Shown piece by piece: positions 61,325 through 64,000 of a DNA stretch of 64,000 nucleotides. Under the pieces are notes generated by a model. That model saw only the letters and a list, made by a program, of their open reading frames with translations. It was not told the origin of the DNA and made no database searches. Source of the DNA: SAR86 cluster bacterium. GTDB lineage: Bacteria; Pseudomonadota; Gammaproteobacteria; Magnimaribacterales; AG-339-G14. Every line of letters starts with the position of its first letter. Positions within the stretch are counted from its first letter, which is position 1. Location of the stretch: NCBI GenBank assembly GCA_028135785.1, contig JAOIHS010000002.1:6222-70221 (forward strand), read 5' to 3'. Both the position numbers and the translations under genes were made by a program.

Positions 61325-62784
61325 TGACCACAGAAAATGAAAAGCCCTCAAAGGGTGCGGAGCAAATATTACTTGCTCAAATAAAACAAGAGTTTACTGC
61401 CCCAGCAGATGCGATTGAGCAATATACTGACTTAGTAGCTCAATTTGCTGAAGAAAACAAAGTAGATATTAATGAAGAGCTTGGACAAATTAAATCGGGT
61501 CAGGAAAAGCTTTTGTCTCAATATGAAGAAGCTTTTAGAGAAAATACTAAAAGCGACGCTCAAAAAAATAAATCAGCGGAAGAATATTCTGAATTGCGAC
61601 ATAATCTGAGAACACCTTTAAACGCTATTATTGGCTATAGCGAAATATTAATGGAAGACTTTGAAGACGATCTTTCGGAAAGCTGTATCGAAGATTTAAA
61701 TAATATTCTTTCTCTCTCTAGAGATACAGAAAAAGCTATAGAGAAATTCGTAGATTTCATTAAAGGAGATCTTAAACCTGAGCTTTCAGATGATTCCGGA
61801 ACAAGCAATGTAAAAAATGCAGAATCTCTTTTTAAATCTTTAGGTGACTTAGATTATAGTTTAGAAATAGACGAAAGTTTAAAAGATGCAGATATTTTGA
61901 TAGTAGATGATAACGTGACAAATTGTGAAGTTCTTCAAAGAAGATTAGGGCAGCATGGATTAGAGTGTCGAGTGGTTTATAACGGTAAAGACGCAATTAA
62001 AGAAGTTAATCGGCAAACTCCTGATTTAATTTTGTTGGATGTAATACTTCCCGATATAAATGGATTAGAACTTTTAAAGGAGTTTAGGTCAAATCATAGT
62101 GCGGATGAACTTCCTATAATAATGGTTTCAGCATTTAATGATGTAGATAGCACAGCAAAATGTATTAAATTGGGCGCTACGGACTATCTTCCAAAGCCCC
62201 TTAATGGAACTATTTTAATGGCTAAAGCAGTTGCTAGCTTAGAAGCCAAGTACTTTCGAGAGGCAAATAGAAAATTATTAAAAGAGCTTCATATAAGAGC
62301 AACCACTTGTCCGTTAACTGGAATATTCAATAGAAAGGTAGTTTTTGATCACGGAGAAGAATGTTTTACTAACATTACAAAAGGCTTAGGATCAGGCTTT
62401 TCGTTGCTATCGATAGATATTGATTTTTTTAAGCAAGTTAATGACACATATGGTCATCCTGGCGGCGACATTGTGATAATTGCTTTAGCTAAGTTAATAG
62501 AAAAAAAAAGTGGTTCCAATATTGTTGGAAGAGTAGGTGGTGAAGAATTTATGGCAATTATCATGGATGATGAAAATCAATCTATCAATGATTTTTGTTC
62601 CTCATTAAGAGTTGATGTAAATAATTTACTCATACCATTCCAAGATATTAAAATTAATATTAATATAAGTGGTGGTGTGGCACATTCTTCAGATTCAATT
62701 GGTTTTGAAGAAATGGTCAATGTAGCCGATGAAAGGCTTTATAAGTCAAAAGAAAATGGAAGAGATCAAATTACTTTCGATTAA
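61324..62784 (+). CDS. HisKA(DHp)-only / REC / GGDEF fusion protein (diguanylate cyclase lacking a kinase ATPase domain)
   Basis: H-box ELRH93NLRTPLNAIIGYSEIL. No N/G1/F/G2 ATP-lid boxes in the roughly 95 aa before the REC domain (ILIVDD..LILLDVILPDINGLE..KP). GGDEF domain has an active-site GGEEF and no RxxD I-site. Confidence 0.8.
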   Translation: MTTENEKPSKGAEQILLAQIKQEFTAPADAIEQYTDLVAQFAEENKVDINEELGQIKSGQEKLLSQYEEAFRENTKSDAQKNKSAEEYSELRHNLRTPLNAIIGYSEILMEDFEDDLSESCIEDLNNILSLSRDTEKAIEKFVDFIKGDLKPELSDDSGTSNVKNAESLFKSLGDLDYSLEIDESLKDADILIVDDNVTNCEVLQRRLGQHGLECRVVYNGKDAIKEVNRQTPDLILLDVILPDINGLELLKEFRSNHSADELPIIMVSAFNDVDSTAKCIKLGATDYLPKPLNGTILMAKAVASLEAKYFREANRKLLKELHIRATTCPLTGIFNRKVVFDHGEECFTNITKGLGSGFSLLSIDIDFFKQVNDTYGHPGGDIVIIALAKLIEKKSGSNIVGRVGGEEFMAIIMDDENQSINDFCSSLRVDVNNLLIPFQDIKININISGGVAHSSDSIGFEEMVNVADERLYKSKENGRDQITFD

Positions 62785-62798
62785 ATAAGGAGATAATC

Positions 62799-63158
62799 AT
62801 GCCAAAAATTTTATATGTAGAAGATAACGAAATGAATAGAGATATGCTTGGAAGAAGACTAACAAGAAGAGACTATGAAGTTATTTTCGCTTTTGATGGA
62901 CAGGAAGGGCTTGATAAAATGAAATCAGAAAGTCCCGATTTAGTTCTTATGGATATGGGCTTGCCAGTTTTAGATGGCTGGGATGCTACAACTAAAGCTA
63001 AAGAAGATCCGGAAATTTCATCAATTCCAATTATTGCTTTAACAGCTCACGCCATGGAACATGATAGGCAAAAAGCTTTAGATTGTGGAGCTGACGATTT
63101 TGATACTAAGCCCGTAGATTTCAAGAGACTTTTAGAAAAGATAGAAGCTAAACTATAA
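62799..63158 (+). CDS. Single-domain CheY-like response regulator
   Basis: ILYVEDN..LVLMDMGLPVLDG..LTAH..KP. 119 aa. Confidence 0.88.
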   Translation: MPKILYVEDNEMNRDMLGRRLTRRDYEVIFAFDGQEGLDKMKSESPDLVLMDMGLPVLDGWDATTKAKEDPEISSIPIIALTAHAMEHDRQKALDCGADDFDTKPVDFKRLLEKIEAKL

Positions 63159-63159
63159 A

Positions 63160-64000
63160 TTAGTTCTCTTTAAGGATTTTCGAAACTAATCCAGGTAACT
63201 GATTTATAGAGACTTCATCTTTTTTTATTAAACCTTCCACATTTTTATTTAGTAATTCAGCCTGAACATCAGTTAGATCTTTTCCTGAATAAACCAGAAC
63301 ATTAGGGCGATCACTTTCTTCTTTTAATTCGATCAAATTCTCTAAAAACTCAAAACCATCCATTCTTGGCATCTCTAAATCCAATACAATTAAAGAAGGA
63401 TCTTTGTCTAATTTTGATAAGCCTTCTTTTCCATCTTTAGCTAGAACAGGATCATAACCAGCATCAATTAAAGACCTTTTTAGAATATCTCTAGTATTCG
63501 CATCGTCATCTACGATAAGAATAGTTTTATTTTTATTATTTGTACCTATTAGGGTAGAGACCGTTTTTAGAAATTTAGCTCTATCTATCGGTTTTGTAAG
63601 ATAATCGTCAGCTCCCAAAGAAGAAGCGAGTTTTTCTTGAGACATTTGGCTTACCATTACAACAGGGATATCTTTTAATTCTTCATCTGATTTACATTCT
63701 TTTAAAATAGACCAACCATCTCGACCAGGCATTAGAACATCTAATAAAATAAGTTTAGGTTTTAACTCTCTAATCATTTTTAAGCCTTGTTCTCCATCAG
63801 TTGCTCCTATCAATCTCATGCCGGCTTTTACAATTGTCCTTCTAATTAAATCATGCATAGCAACATCATCATCGATCAACACACAAATACTTTCATCATT
63901 CACGTCATCGGCTATCCCATCATCTAAATCTTCTTGATCACTTGAAACTCTTGGTACTGAAATAATAAAAATAGAACCTTTACCTTTCTCACTTGAAACA
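63160..64000 (-). CDS. Hybrid sensor histidine kinase, C-terminal part (end of HATPase domain plus two REC domains); 5' part lies beyond the window end
   Basis: The track's 247-aa ORF starts at a GTG. The frame stays open upstream to 64000 and reads ..VSSEKGKGSIFIISVPRVSSDQEDLDDGIADDVNDES.., where GKGSIF..P is the G2/C-terminal block of HATPase_c. Two REC domains follow (LLDVLMPGRDG and VLDLEMPRMDG). Confidence 0.8.
   Translation of the reverse strand, partial: VSSEKGKGSIFIISVPRVSSDQEDLDDGIADDVNDESICVLIDDDVAMHDLIRRTIVKAGMRLIGATDGEQGLKMIRELKPKLILLDVLMPGRDGWSILKECKSDEELKDIPVVMVSQMSQEKLASSLGADDYLTKPIDRAKFLKTVSTLIGTNNKNKTILIVDDDANTRDILKRSLIDAGYDPVLAKDGKEGLSKLDKDPSLIVLDLEMPRMDGFEFLENLIELKEESDRPNVLVYSGKDLTDVQAELLNKNVEGLIKKDEVSINQLPGLVSKILKEN

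Overview
AT-rich bacterial chromosome segment across the replication-origin neighbourhood. Synteny is Pseudomonas-type gammaproteobacterial; a streamlined marine lineage is only a guess. All family names come from motifs read by eye in the supplied translations, since no searches were run. Layout: (1) 1-23.3 kb is core. gyrB-recF-dnaN-dnaA lie on the minus strand. They diverge, across a short spacer holding two perfect inverted DnaA boxes, from rpmH-rnpA-yidD-yidC-mnmE-mnmG-rsmG-parA-parB-atpBEFHAGDC-glmU-glmS on the plus strand. A perfect parS palindrome sits inside recF. (2) 23.3-29 kb holds the most unusual signal. Starting on the first base after the glmS stop codon is an array of small, mostly co-oriented gene units. 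They carry an Mrr-like nuclease fused to HTH repeats, an MvaI/BcnI-like type II R-M pair, small membrane proteins, a periplasmic MsrA-Trx-MsrB fusion and a Gly-rich protein. The units are separated by five extra same-strand copies of the last 15-18 nt of glmS. Each full copy still reads S-V-T-V-E-stop. All 16 substitutions relative to the resident glmS end fall on third codon positions, so they look like fossil glmS termini left by serial insertions. No integrase or transposase is present. Two units also carry their own flanking inverted repeats. (3) 29-47 kb is a flexible block of small DUF/membrane proteins and redox or xenobiotic enzymes: three glutathione-transferase-type genes, a desaturase, a copper amine oxidase and a Baeyer-Villiger monooxygenase with serine hydrolases. 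(4) 47.5-58.7 kb is an envelope glycan cluster (glf, GT2, DUF4422-like, rfbBDAC) interleaved with phospholipid genes (psd, pssA, a PlsC-like acyltransferase). (5) 59.8-64 kb is a c-di-GMP/phosphorelay module: an EAL protein, a kinase-less HisKA-REC-GGDEF protein, a CheY-like REC, and a hybrid histidine kinase that runs off the window end. No rRNA, tRNA, CRISPR array, transposase or integrase was recognised.
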